A stretch of 38,159 nt of DNA from an uncultured Rickettsiales bacterium (lineage in GTDB: Bacteria > Pseudomonadota > Alphaproteobacteria > Rs-D84), in NCBI GenBank assembly GCA_900549365.1, contig UROD01000002.1, positions 1 to 38,159 of the forward strand. The letters are read 5' to 3'. How positions within the stretch are numbered: position 1 is the stretch's first letter; each line of letters begins with the position of its first letter. The notes under the pieces were generated by a model. That model was not told where the DNA came from. It did not search any database and saw nothing but the letters and a program-made list of their open reading frames with translations. A program made the position numbers and the translations under genes. Below are positions 1-9,809 of the stretch, in pieces.

Positions 1-1
1 G

Positions 2-433
2 GCTGGGTATGGTATTACTGATTCAATGACCGCGGGACAAATCAAGACGGCGATTGACGAGGCCAAGCTTGCAAGTTCTGTCGATTTGACTGCTTATTAT
101 AAAAGGGGCGAAACCGACGAATTATTAAATGCCAAGCAGAACGCATTGACCCCGGAACAAATCGCAGCGGCAAATTCTGGTATCACGGCAGGTGATGTTA
201 CAACGTATAACAAATATGCGGGTTTGATTGCGGCGAATGCGGCGACGGCAACAGATGCTGCAAACGCAGCGCAAAACGCCCAAACCACCGCGAATAATGC
301 AGCGGCGGCGGTTGCGTCTAAACTGTCGGGGCCGGATGGGTCTGGTACATATTTGTTGACGGTGAACGGTAATTCGAAAAAATGGACATCTGTCCAAATT
401 ATCGATGGAAATGGTGACCCTATAACAGAGTGA
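2..433 (+). CDS. secreted tail-fibre-repeat-like surface protein, C-terminal part (5' end lies left of the window)
   Basis: Frame is open from nt 2, so the ATG at 26 is internal. GYGITDSMT at the window edge matches GYGITDAMT in the 525..1514 paralog. The C-terminus (LTPEQIAAANSGIT..TTY) aligns with that of 2658..4109 (LTPTQLNAANSGIT..TTY). Confidence 0.75.
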   Translation, partial: AGYGITDSMTAGQIKTAIDEAKLASSVDLTAYYKRGETDELLNAKQNALTPEQIAAANSGITAGDVTTYNKYAGLIAANAATATDAANAAQNAQTTANNAAAAVASKLSGPDGSGTYLLTVNGNSKKWTSVQIIDGNGDPITE

Positions 434-524
434 TAACCAAATGAAAAGAGTTTTGTGTCTGAATTCCCGCCATAATCGAGAGATTTAGAACAAAAAAACG
501 AAAGAATGAAGAAAGGAACGAAAA

Positions 525-1514
<990 letters not shown>

Positions 1515-1553
1515 TAAAAATAAAATAAAAACTAAAAAAGAAAGGAAAGAAAA

Positions 1554-2567
1554 ATGAAAAAATTAACAGCTGGCATTTTGACAGTTATGCTGGGAATCGT
1601 TGCGGCGAACTCTGCTGATGCTTCTATCGCATCCAAGGGTTACGTTGATGCCCAGGTTAAAACAAGCGTGTCAAATGCAACATTTGAAACATTCAAAACA
1701 GCAAACACAGCAGAAATCGCTGATGCCAAGAAAGCCGGCACAGATGCGGCCGCAGCATTAGCAACATACCAAGAATCTAATGATACCGCTGTTGCAGCAA
1801 AAGCAGATACTGCAACCGTAAACGCAGACTTGGCCAAGAAACAGAACAAATTGGTATCAACAGATAACGTTGTTATCAATGACGACAACACAATCACATT
1901 GAAAGGCATCGCCACAGATACAGGTTTGGCGGATTTGCAAAAAACAGTTGGTGAACATACCACAACATTGGGCACGTTGACTGGCGACGGTGATGGTTCT
2001 ATTGCAAAATCTATTGCTAATGCAATTTCTGGCGAAGTAACCCGTGCAGATGCTGCATATGCAACCGCCGCACAGGGTGCAAAGGCCGATACAGCAGTTC
2101 AGCCAGCGGCGATTGCCGATATGGAAACAAAAGCAAATGCAGCTGCGACATATGCGACCAAGGCCGCATTGGATGCTAAGGCAGACAAATCAACAATCGG
2201 TGAAGTTGAAACTGGTAAAACAGTTGTCCAAATGATCGCTGATGCCAAGAGTGCTGTATCTGGTGATACAACTGCATTGCAGACACGTGTCAAGACAATC
2301 GAAGACAGCGATGTTATGGCATCTGGCGCAACCAAGGCAAAGATTGACGCAATCGCAACCAACACCACAGGCGTTGCTGACAACAAAGCAGCAGTAGCAG
2401 CGGTTACCAAAGATTTGGCAGATAACTATACCAAGACAGCAGATTTGGGCACATTGGCCAAGGCAGCCCCTGGCGAATGCGCAGAACCAACCAAGAAATG
2501 TGCGTTGGTATTTGATGGTACCAAATATACTTGGGAAGTTATCGAACGTGATGCTGAAAACCAGTAA
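1554..2567 (+). CDS. secreted Ala/Thr-rich surface protein (paralog 3)
   Basis: 337-aa ORF with SD aaagga. Signal peptide (..VAANSADA/SI) followed by IASKGYVD. Shares the ADAKKAGTDAAxAL.TY..SND.AV module with 2658..4109. C-terminal Cys pair plus the YTWEVI motif. Confidence 0.8.
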   Translation: MKKLTAGILTVMLGIVAANSADASIASKGYVDAQVKTSVSNATFETFKTANTAEIADAKKAGTDAAAALATYQESNDTAVAAKADTATVNADLAKKQNKLVSTDNVVINDDNTITLKGIATDTGLADLQKTVGEHTTTLGTLTGDGDGSIAKSIANAISGEVTRADAAYATAAQGAKADTAVQPAAIADMETKANAAATYATKAALDAKADKSTIGEVETGKTVVQMIADAKSAVSGDTTALQTRVKTIEDSDVMASGATKAKIDAIATNTTGVADNKAAVAAVTKDLADNYTKTADLGTLAKAAPGECAEPTKKCALVFDGTKYTWEVIERDAENQ

Positions 2568-2580
2568 TCAGAAAAATAAT

Positions 2581-2611
2581 TGTGTCGTGCCCACACAATG
2601 GGCATGACACA
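2581..2611 (+). terminator. intergenic hairpin, possible terminator
   Basis: 12-bp stem tgtgtcgtgccc/gggcatgacaca (one G-U pair) with a 7-nt loop. No clear T-run follows. Confidence 0.35.
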
Positions 2612-2657
2612 TAGTCAGGGTTTTAACAGGTTATAAAAACGAAGGTTTTGGGAAAAA

Positions 2658-4109
2658 ATGAAAAGATTAACAAGTATTTTAGCGATTTCTGTGATTGCGG
2701 TTATGTCCGCAGGTGCGGCGCGTGCTGATATCGCATCAACAACATATGTTGATAACAAAGTATCGCCAGTTTCCGCCAAGGCAGATACCAATGCCGGTGA
2801 AATTGCAACATTAAAATCAGGCAAGCAAGATAAATCAGCGATGGTTGATTCAACCAGCGAGAACTTGGCTGAAACAAACGATACCAACTATCCAACTGTT
2901 GCAGCGGTATACACCATTGCAGCCAATGCATTGGGTACCCAAGTTAACAATAAGTTAGACAAGAAGTTTACAGGCGATGCCAACAAGAGCAAAGCAGTAA
3001 TAACAGATGCTAATGGTGCAATCACCACAGGTACAATTTCGTCCGCAATGATTACAGATGGTACAATCGTAAATGCTGATATCGCAGATAATGCGGCCAT
3101 CGCACAGTCCAAAATCGCAGGTTTGGCGGGTTCTATTGCCGATGCCAAGAAAGCTGGTACAGATGCGGCGTCTGCGTTGAACACTTATAAAACATCTAAT
3201 GATGCTGCGGTGAAAGCAGTGAAGACGACGGCTGATAATACAGCGGCTGCGGTGAACAATGCGACAACAGGTTTGGCAGCAACCAAAAAGATTGCGGATG
3301 ACAATGCTGCGAAGTTGAAAACTATGGCGACCAGCGAAACCGTAACCGCATTGACAACACGTGTTGGAACTGCTGAAACTAACATCACGAGTTTGCAGAA
3401 TGGAAAACAGGATAAATTGGTTTCCAGTGGCGCAAATGCGAACATCAGTGGTTCAAATGGTGTAACCGTTACAGTCGGCACTGATGGCAAGGTTGCTGTT
3501 TCTGGTAATCAGAGCGCAATTGACACAGCAATTGGTGGTAAATTGGGTAAAAACGAAAATGCTGTATCTGCAACCAAAGCAACCCAAGATGGCAGTGGTA
3601 ACATAATTACAGCAACATATGCCACCAAGACAGAGTTGGGAACCAAGCAAGATAAATTGGGTTACACAGCTGAAAATGCAGCGAACAAGGTAACAGCGAT
3701 TTCGTCAACATCAACAGATACCCAGTATCCAAGTGCCAAGGCCGTTTACACTGAATTGGCGAAAAAACAGAACAATATCACGATTGATTCTGAATTGAGT
3801 TCAACCAGCACAAACCCAGTACAGAACAAGGTGGTAAATAATGCACTGGCGGGTAAACAGGCAACATTGACCCCTACACAGTTGAACGCGGCAAATTCTG
3901 GGATTACAGAGGCCAAGGTAACCACGTATGATGGGTATGGTGCGAAAATTACGACCGCTCAGAACACTGCTAATACTGCAAAAACAACGGCAGAAGCGGC
4001 AATTGCAGCACCTGCGGCCGCCACAATCAGTACCGATGGCGTGTATACACTGACAATGAAAGTTGTTAATGGTACAAAAACGTATGCTTGGGAACAGATT
4101 GGTCGTTAA
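2658..4109 (+). CDS. secreted Ala/Thr-rich surface protein (paralog 4, largest)
   Basis: 483-aa ORF. Signal peptide (..SAGAARA/DI) followed by IASTTYVD. Contains modules found in every other paralog, plus YPTVAAVYTIA and QYPSAKAVYTEL motifs reminiscent of phage tail-fibre repeats. Confidence 0.8.
   Translation: MKRLTSILAISVIAVMSAGAARADIASTTYVDNKVSPVSAKADTNAGEIATLKSGKQDKSAMVDSTSENLAETNDTNYPTVAAVYTIAANALGTQVNNKLDKKFTGDANKSKAVITDANGAITTGTISSAMITDGTIVNADIADNAAIAQSKIAGLAGSIADAKKAGTDAASALNTYKTSNDAAVKAVKTTADNTAAAVNNATTGLAATKKIADDNAAKLKTMATSETVTALTTRVGTAETNITSLQNGKQDKLVSSGANANISGSNGVTVTVGTDGKVAVSGNQSAIDTAIGGKLGKNENAVSATKATQDGSGNIITATYATKTELGTKQDKLGYTAENAANKVTAISSTSTDTQYPSAKAVYTELAKKQNNITIDSELSSTSTNPVQNKVVNNALAGKQATLTPTQLNAANSGITEAKVTTYDGYGAKITTAQNTANTAKTTAEAAIAAPAAATISTDGVYTLTMKVVNGTKTYAWEQIGR
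2820..3062 (+). repeat. 243-nt cassette, copy A (near-identical to 4624..4866)
   Basis: Encodes GKQDKSAMVDSTSENLAETNDTNYPTVAAVYTIAANALGTQVNNKLDKKFTGDANKSKAVITDANGAITTGTISSAMITDG. Hand alignment to copy B gives about 7 mismatches. Confidence 0.9.
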
Positions 4110-4123
4110 TGCATGATAAAAAA

Positions 4124-4159
4124 CATGGTATGGCGTGAACGCTTTTGCGTCATACCATG
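4124..4159 (+). terminator. intergenic hairpin, possible terminator
   Basis: 9-bp stem catggtatg/cataccatg with additional inner pairing, 15 nt after the stop of 2658..4109. No strong T-run follows. Confidence 0.4.
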
Positions 4160-4236
4160 TACAAAAGGCACTTGCCATAAAACAGGATTTTTTGGTATTA
4201 TATTACTGAGAGATTGAATATACAGAATGTAGAGTC

Positions 4237-5286
4237 ATGAAATATATTAAAAGTATCTTTGCTGTTTCGATTGTTGCCATGGCTGTGGTGGGAAATGCGC
4301 GTGCAAGTATCGTATCGCAAACAAACATCGTTGGCGGTTCAAATGTATCTGTAAATGTGCCAAAATCTGGTACTAACGCGGGCAAGGTTGTTATTTCTGC
4401 AACTGATACGAATACGACGTATACAACAGGTACAACGACATATTCTGGTACAACAAAATTGTACACGGGGACGGGCAGTGCGACCGATGGTACGCTGACC
4501 CAAAAAGCAATTAAAGATGCGTTGGATGGCAAGTTGTCCACATCTGGTACGGCGGCCAAAGCAACGGCTGATGCCAGCGGTAACACAATCACATCAACAT
4601 ATGCCACCAAGACAGAGTTGGGAGGCAAGCAAGATAAATCAGCGATGGTTGATTCAACCAGCGAGAACTTGTCTGAATCAAACGATACCAACTATCCCAC
4701 AGTTGCAGCGGTATACACCATTGCAGCCAATGCATTGGGCACCCAAGTTAACAATAAGTTAGACAAGAAGTTTACAGGCGATGCCAACAAGAGCAAAGCA
4801 GTAATAACAGATGCTAATGGTGCAATCACCACAGGTACGATTTCGTCCGCAATGATTACAGATGGTGCGGTAACATCCGCCAAGATTGCCGACGGTACGA
4901 TTGCAACGGCTGACTTGTCGGGCGGTTCTGTTACGACAGCAAAAATTGCTGACTTGAACGTGACCGAGGGGAAAATTGCGGCAAACGCAGTTACCACTGC
5001 AAAAATCAAGGACGCGAATGTTACCACGGCCAAGGTAGCGGATGGTGCAATCACATCTGCCAAGATTGCTAATGGTACGATTGCGGAAGCGGATTTGTCT
5101 GACGCGGTTAAAACGAAACTGAATGCAACTGTTCAGACATTTAACCCTGCGTCGGCAACAGCGGGCCAGTATGTGACTCACTTTACCAAAAAAGGCACAA
5201 CCGTTACAGCAGAAACAGCATATGTCCAGATTCCTGTTGGTTCGGCAACCGCGCCGACCAGCGTGGCATCAATCTGGGTTGAATAA
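4237..5286 (+). CDS. secreted surface protein (paralog 5) with about eight 11-residue xxVT(T/S)AKIA repeats
   Basis: 349-aa ORF with signal peptide (..VVGNARA/SI). The central part is a mosaic of two segments of 2658..4109. The C-terminal half carries DGAVTSAKIADGTIATADL-type repeats. Confidence 0.8.
   Translation: MKYIKSIFAVSIVAMAVVGNARASIVSQTNIVGGSNVSVNVPKSGTNAGKVVISATDTNTTYTTGTTTYSGTTKLYTGTGSATDGTLTQKAIKDALDGKLSTSGTAAKATADASGNTITSTYATKTELGGKQDKSAMVDSTSENLSESNDTNYPTVAAVYTIAANALGTQVNNKLDKKFTGDANKSKAVITDANGAITTGTISSAMITDGAVTSAKIADGTIATADLSGGSVTTAKIADLNVTEGKIAANAVTTAKIKDANVTTAKVADGAITSAKIANGTIAEADLSDAVKTKLNATVQTFNPASATAGQYVTHFTKKGTTVTAETAYVQIPVGSATAPTSVASIWVE
4624..4866 (+). repeat. 243-nt cassette, copy B
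   Basis: Same 81-codon segment as 2820..3062. It is preceded by a 27-nt exact match (4597..4623) to 3615..3641 of the neighbouring gene. Confidence 0.9.
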
Positions 5287-5311
5287 AAAACGCGCCACCG
5301 GCGCGTTTTTT
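5285..5311 (+). terminator. rho-independent terminator of the surface-protein cluster
   Basis: aaaaaa-cgcgcc-acc-ggcgcg-tttttt overlapping the stop codon of 4237..5286. Confidence 0.85.
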
Positions 5312-5334
5312 CAAAGTTCAAAGTTCAAAGTTCA
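5311..5334. repeat. tandem heptamer (tcaaagt)x3 plus tca
   Basis: Read directly from the sequence. Confidence 0.9.
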
Positions 5335-5415
5335 TCCGTCTCCGCTGGTGCTCCGCCGCGATAAAAATTTTGCGCGCTGCGCTACGCTTGCTCGCAATGA
5401 CGTTGTTTTTTGTGC

Positions 5416-5557
5416 ATGTGTCGCCTGCGGACTTCGTCCTTGCCGCAACCTTCGCGTACCGCTCGGTTTCATTGCGAGTGTAACGAAGCAATCCAGTTGA
5501 TAGTGTTGCGTAGCACATATATATTGCCTGTGCAGGGCAAGGACGCAGGCGACACAT
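5416..5557. repeat. long imperfect inverted repeat (MITE-like or structured element)
   Basis: The arm atgtgtcgcctgcg(gacttc)gtccttgcc at 5416..5444 is complementary to ggcaaggacgcaggcgacacat at 5536..5557. The roughly 90-nt interior contains the cattgcgag..gcaatccag unit. Confidence 0.7.
5468..5496. repeat. dispersed palindromic unit ttcattgcgag-N9-gcaatccag
   Basis: A related copy in inverted orientation lies at 6661..6690. A half-site, ctcgcaatgacg, lies at about 5389..5400. Confidence 0.6.
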
Positions 5558-5604
5558 TTTTAAGTTTTATATTCTAAAACTATGTCACTATATTGCATTC
5601 TGGC

Positions 5605-6180
5605 CTAGAACAGTGATATCAGGCAGATGCCCAGACCGGCGGCGATAATCGCGCCCAATGTCAATGGCCAGAAATATTTTTTCACGATTGTGTTCGCATG
5701 TTCTTGGAAACGCCACAGTAAATAACCAACAATTGCAAAACGCCCCGTACGGAATATTGCAGATACGCCCAAGAATAATAAAATTGGATAACCTATGAAT
5801 CCCAACCAGATTGCCAGCAATTTATACGGAATCGGTGTCACCGCGGTCAGCACAATAATCAATATGCCGTACCGTGAAAACATTGGTTTGATTGCTGTTT
5901 CTATCAATTCTGGGTTTGAAAATGTTGTTATCAGCCACATGCCAACAGAATCATACAGCCATGCACCAATCATATACGCAATCGCACCACCAACAATTGA
6001 GCCCAATGCCGCAGCCACAGTGATGGGCAGAGCGCGCCTTTTGTTCGCAATTATGGGCGGGGTCATAAATACCTCTGGCGGGACAAATAAAAATATAGAT
6101 TCACAAATTGTTAGTAAAAATACAATCCATGTGTATATGGGACTCTCGGATTTTTTCAGAATATATTCAGCAAACTTCAT
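5605..6180 (-). CDS. DedA/YqaA-family inner-membrane protein
   Basis: Start taken at the ATG (MKFAEY..) with SD aggaaa 8 nt upstream; the track start at 6204 is a TTG. Multiple TM segments. ESIFLFVPPEVFMTPP and GSIVGGAIAYMIG resemble the YqaA/DedA signature. Confidence 0.7.
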   Translation of the reverse strand: MKFAEYILKKSESPIYTWIVFLLTICESIFLFVPPEVFMTPPIIANKRRALPITVAAALGSIVGGAIAYMIGAWLYDSVGMWLITTFSNPELIETAIKPMFSRYGILIIVLTAVTPIPYKLLAIWLGFIGYPILLFLGVSAIFRTGRFAIVGYLLWRFQEHANTIVKKYFWPLTLGAIIAAGLGICLISLF

Positions 6181-6270
6181 TGATTCTTTCCTGCTGTTGA
6201 ACAAAATTTACTTGATTGTAAATGAATATCGGCTACATTACAATCAGATAATGATACAGGGGTGATTTTT

Positions 6271-6624
6271 ATGCCAAGAAAACAAATGCCAAGTAATTCC
6301 AATCGCGCGGGGCGCGTCGCGTCCAAGGTTCAGACACTGGTCGCAGAAATTCTGCGTGATGATTACAGCGATGATAAATTGCTGGCGGGGGTGTCCTTGG
6401 TTGGGGCGGTTGCGCATGGCGGGTTGCAGTTCGTGCGGCTGTTTTATTATTCGCGTGATAAAAACATTCCCGCGGTGCAACAACGTTTGGACGCGATTAC
6501 ACGTATGGTACGCTTTGAATTGGCGGCACGTATGAATCAGAAATATGTGCCAGAAATTCGTTTTGAATATGACGATACATTGGAACGCGCCGCGCGAATT
6601 GACGCTTTGTTGGAAAATCTGTAA
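6271..6624 (+). CDS. rbfA: ribosome-binding factor A
   Basis: RVASKVQTLVAEILRD.. and ..VPEIRFEYDDTLERAARIDALL are typical of RbfA. Start taken at ATG 6271 with SD cagggg upstream; the track start at 6262 is a GTG. Confidence 0.85.
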   Translation: MPRKQMPSNSNRAGRVASKVQTLVAEILRDDYSDDKLLAGVSLVGAVAHGGLQFVRLFYYSRDKNIPAVQQRLDAITRMVRFELAARMNQKYVPEIRFEYDDTLERAARIDALLENL

Positions 6625-6628
6625 AATA

Positions 6629-6655
6629 TTGCCCGCCGTTTGGTGGGCAGTTTTT
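6629..6655 (+). terminator. rho-independent terminator after rbfA
   Basis: Stem ttgcccgcc/ggtgggcag with loop gttt, followed by ttttt. Confidence 0.8.
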
Positions 6656-6660
6656 ATTTA

Positions 6661-6690
6661 CTGGATTGCCACGGCTCTGCTTGCAATGAC
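6661..6690. repeat. dispersed palindromic unit ctggattgc-N13-gcaatgac
   Basis: Its reverse complement (gtcattgcaag..ggcaatccag) matches the unit at 5468..5496. Confidence 0.6.
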
Positions 6691-6714
6691 AAATGTAATA
6701 TGAAAAAAATACGG

Positions 6715-6743
6715 TTGAAAATTACAATATACTGGTGTATCAT
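6715..6743 (+). promoter_or_regulatory. candidate sigma70-type promoter for lepA (TTGAAA-17-TATCAT)
   Basis: Hexamers and spacing read from the sequence. The -10 element ends only 6 nt before the lepA ATG. Confidence 0.4.
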
Positions 6744-6749
6744 TGCCGC

Positions 6750-8552
6750 ATGCATCAAAAAAATATCAGAAATTTTGCAATTGTTGCACATATTGATCAT
6801 GGTAAATCGACGCTGTCTGATCGGCTAATTGAGTACACAGGCGGTCTGCAATCGCGCGAAATGAAAGCCCAAGTTTTGGATTCTATGGATATAGAACGCG
6901 AACGTGGCATTACAATCAAGGCCCAGACAGTGCGTCTGAACTATCATGCGCGTGATGGGCAAACGTATCAGTTAAATTTGATGGACACGCCGGGGCACGT
7001 GGACTTTTCTTATGAGGTGTCGCGCAGTTTGGCTGCGTGCGAGGGGGCATTGATTCTGGTCGATGCAACCCAAGGAGTTCAGGCCCAGACGTTGGCAAAT
7101 GCTTATTTGGCGTTGGACAACGATTTGGAAATGTTGCCGGTGCTGAATAAAATTGATTTGCCGTCCAGCGATGTAGAAGGTACGCGTCAGCAAATAGCAG
7201 ATGCAATCGGGCTGGACGCGACAAATGCCGTATGCGTTTCTGGGAAAACAGGTGCGGGCGTGCCCGAACTGTTGGAAGAAATCGTTCATAAATTGCCCGC
7301 CCCACACGGTAATGAAGATGCCCCAACGCGCGCGTTGTTGGTGGATTCGTGGTATGATTCTTATCTGGGGGTGGTGGTTTTAGTACGCGTGGTTGATGGA
7401 AAATTATCACGTGGGCAAAAGATAAAGTTTTTGGCAACTGGTGCGGAATATACGGTTGAAAAAATCGGATATTTTACACCCAAGATGGTTGATGTTGATA
7501 CCCTGAATACTGGTGAAATTGGTTTTATTATCACGGGTATGAAAACAATTCATGATTGCAAGGTTGGTGATACAATTGCCGATGCCAAGGTGGCGGCCGC
7601 CACTGGGGCAGAGGCATTGCCAGGGTTCAAACCGTCTGTGCCTGTGGTGTTTTCGTCATTCTTTCCCGTGGCCGCGGACGATTATCCGACATTGCGTGAA
7701 AGCGCGGAAAAGTTGGCGTTAAATGACGCGTCGTTTATGTTCACAACCGAAAAATCATCTGCGCTGGGGTTTGGGTTGCGCTGTGGATTTTTGGGATTAT
7801 TGCATATGGAAATTATCAGCGAACGCCTGTCGCGCGAATTTAATTTGTCGTTGATAAATACTGTGCCCAGCGTGTTATACAAGGTCTATATGCGTGACGG
7901 CAGCGAAATGGATTTGGAAAATCCAGCAGATATGCCTGATGTGACGAAAATTCAATCTATTGAAGAACCATGGGTTCGTGCCACAATTATGATGCCAGAT
8001 AAATACATGGGCGGAATTATGTCGCTGTGTGCGGAACGCCGTGGCGTCCAAGAAAACGTATCTTATGTTGGTAATCGTGCGGTATTGGTGTATCAATTAC
8101 CGTTGGCAGAAATCGTGTTTGATTTTTATGACAGGGTAAAATCTATATCTTCGGGGTATGCATCATTTGATTATGTCGTTAATGGTTATCAACCATCTGA
8201 TTTGGTCAAGGTGTCAATTCTGGTTAACGATGAAAATGTTGAACCGTTATCTTTTATGTGCCATCGCATGTTCGCAGAACGTCGCGGTCGCCAAATTGTG
8301 GAAAAACTGAAAGACCTGATACCACGTCATCAGTTCAAAATTCCATTGCAGGCGGCCATTGGTGGCAAAATTATTGCGCGTGAAACAATTGCGGCGTATC
8401 GTAAAGATGTGACTGCAAAATGTTACGGCGGGGATATAACCCGTAAACGCAAACTGTTGGAGAAGCAGAAGGAGGGGAAAAAACGTATGCGCACATTTGG
8501 GAATGTTGAAATTCCACAAAGCGCATTCATAAACGCACTGAAAGTGTCGTAA
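6750..8552 (+). CDS. lepA: elongation factor 4 (LepA)
   Basis: [31 protein letters not shown] and NKIDLP GTPase motifs, plus the LepA-type C-terminus (..[22 protein letters not shown]). ATG 6750 is preferred over the GTG at 6735. Confidence 0.95.
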   Translation: MHQKNIRNFAIVAHIDHGKSTLSDRLIEYTGGLQSREMKAQVLDSMDIERERGITIKAQTVRLNYHARDGQTYQLNLMDTPGHVDFSYEVSRSLAACEGALILVDATQGVQAQTLANAYLALDNDLEMLPVLNKIDLPSSDVEGTRQQIADAIGLDATNAVCVSGKTGAGVPELLEEIVHKLPAPHGNEDAPTRALLVDSWYDSYLGVVVLVRVVDGKLSRGQKIKFLATGAEYTVEKIGYFTPKMVDVDTLNTGEIGFIITGMKTIHDCKVGDTIADAKVAAATGAEALPGFKPSVPVVFSSFFPVAADDYPTLRESAEKLALNDASFMFTTEKSSALGFGLRCGFLGLLHMEIISERLSREFNLSLINTVPSVLYKVYMRDGSEMDLENPADMPDVTKIQSIEEPWVRATIMMPDKYMGGIMSLCAERRGVQENVSYVGNRAVLVYQLPLAEIVFDFYDRVKSISSGYASFDYVVNGYQPSDLVKVSILVNDENVEPLSFMCHRMFAERRGRQIVEKLKDLIPRHQFKIPLQAAIGGKIIARETIAAYRKDVTAKCYGGDITRKRKLLEKQKEGKKRMRTFGNVEIPQSAFINALKVS

Positions 8553-8567
8553 CAAAAGGAGCCCACG

Positions 8568-8957
8568 ATGCTGATTGACAGAATATGGTACTATATAAAA
8601 ACAGATACCCAGACGCGCGCCACGGATCGGCTGCGTTATCAAGAACTGAAAATGCAAGAGCAGGTGTTGGCCAAGGAAGCATGTGATGCATATGCCGAAA
8701 TGAGAAAAGGGGCGTGTGTTGTCGTGACGTTTCATGAAGGCGAAAATTGGGCCGATGATTATCCCTGCTTTGCATATTACAATACGCATATTTGCCCGCA
8801 TTTCAGCGAAAACAAGATATGTAATGTGACCGGTTGTAATTCATATCCCGCAAAGCACAAGTATGACATTGCGTACGCGAAGTGGTATGAGGCACATCGC
8901 TGTATTAAAAACTTCTGGCGTGATGCACACATTGCACATAATACAAACGGCAAATAA
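8568..8957 (+). CDS. small Cys-motif protein, array member 1
   Basis: 129 aa. SD aaggag; starts 16 nt after the lepA stop. N-terminus MLIDRIWYYIKTDTQTRATD..Y. C-x8-C-x4-C motif (CPHFSENKICNVTGC) followed by NFW. Confidence 0.75.
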   Translation: MLIDRIWYYIKTDTQTRATDRLRYQELKMQEQVLAKEACDAYAEMRKGACVVVTFHEGENWADDYPCFAYYNTHICPHFSENKICNVTGCNSYPAKHKYDIAYAKWYEAHRCIKNFWRDAHIAHNTNGK

Positions 8958-8973
8958 CCCAAGGGGGTATAAA

Positions 8974-9369
8974 ATGATACTAGCCAAAATAAAATATTTA
9001 TTGAAAACAGACAAGGCCACGCGCCGCGCCGATAAAAATGAATATAATATATTGAACGAAAAATACATTAAAACATTCAAAGATGAACAAGATGCCTTTG
9101 ATGATATGACCATTGTACGTGTGTGCGAAAAAAATAAGCCACAAATGTCTGATAATGCATGCCGTATATCTGTGATTGCTGCCAAGACCGGTCAAATCCG
9201 TGATGTTCGTGAATGCGTGTTCTTTAATCGTAATGGTTGTGGTCGTGTGTATTGTCCTTGTTATCCCCAGATGGAAAAATGGGTTCGCGCCCGTACAGAA
9301 CGCGCTGTATACACCAAAGCATTGAAATGCTTTTGGTTGGACAAGGTAAAAACACGTGGTGGTAAATAA
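8974..9369 (+). CDS. small Cys-motif protein, array member 2
   Basis: 131 aa from the internal ATG (MILAKIKYLLKTDKATRRAD) with SD aggggg. The longer track ORF from 8863 would overlap member 1. CVFFNRNGCGRVYCPC motif followed by CFW. Confidence 0.75.
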   Translation: MILAKIKYLLKTDKATRRADKNEYNILNEKYIKTFKDEQDAFDDMTIVRVCEKNKPQMSDNACRISVIAAKTGQIRDVRECVFFNRNGCGRVYCPCYPQMEKWVRARTERAVYTKALKCFWLDKVKTRGGK

Positions 9370-9386
9370 ATATTGGGGGGAATTAT

Positions 9387-9800
9387 ATGTTTACAGATGC
9401 TATAAAATATTTTTTCAAAACCAGTGCAATACAACGCCAGTTTGATAAAAAACGTTATGACGCACTGAAAAAATATTATGCGGAATTGGACAACGCGGTT
9501 TATGACACATGGCAAAATATTAGTGTCGATTTCCCTGAATTTGCAAATCTGCAAATGTTCGGGGGCTGGTGTATGAAAAACCGCCGCACAATGTCAGGAG
9601 ATTTGACACAATTTATCAATACTGTGGAATACAGTGTTCCATGTAAAGATTTTAATGAAAATGCATGTTGTGCTAATCGTGGGTGTCCAATGTATGCAAA
9701 AAATAAAGAGCATTTTAATGCTGTGCACAAACGCAATATTGTAAAAAAACAGTTGGACTCGTTCTGGGCTGATATATACCAGCACAGATTTCAGAAATAG
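9387..9800 (+). CDS. small Cys-motif protein, array member 3
   Basis: 137 aa with SD gggggg. N-terminus MFTDAIKYFFKTSAIQRQFD..Y. CKDFNENACCANRGCP motif followed by SFW. Confidence 0.75.
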   Translation: MFTDAIKYFFKTSAIQRQFDKKRYDALKKYYAELDNAVYDTWQNISVDFPEFANLQMFGGWCMKNRRTMSGDLTQFINTVEYSVPCKDFNENACCANRGCPMYAKNKEHFNAVHKRNIVKKQLDSFWADIYQHRFQK

Positions 9801-9809
9801 GAGAAAATT

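Noticed and set aside
5222-5557. ORFs 5222..5500 (+) and 5318..5557 (-), and also 6640..6828 (+)
   Set aside because: They lie in repeat-rich intergenic DNA and have no SD. Their translations are dominated by peptides derived from the palindromic repeat units.
8863-8973. Longer upstream starts given by the ORF track (8863 for member 2, 10568 for member 5, 12095 for the integrase-like gene, and 24828, 25231, 30631 and 30998 for r-proteins)
   Set aside because: Each extension overlaps the preceding gene and lacks conservation. In every case an internal ATG with an SD reproduces the conserved family N-terminus.
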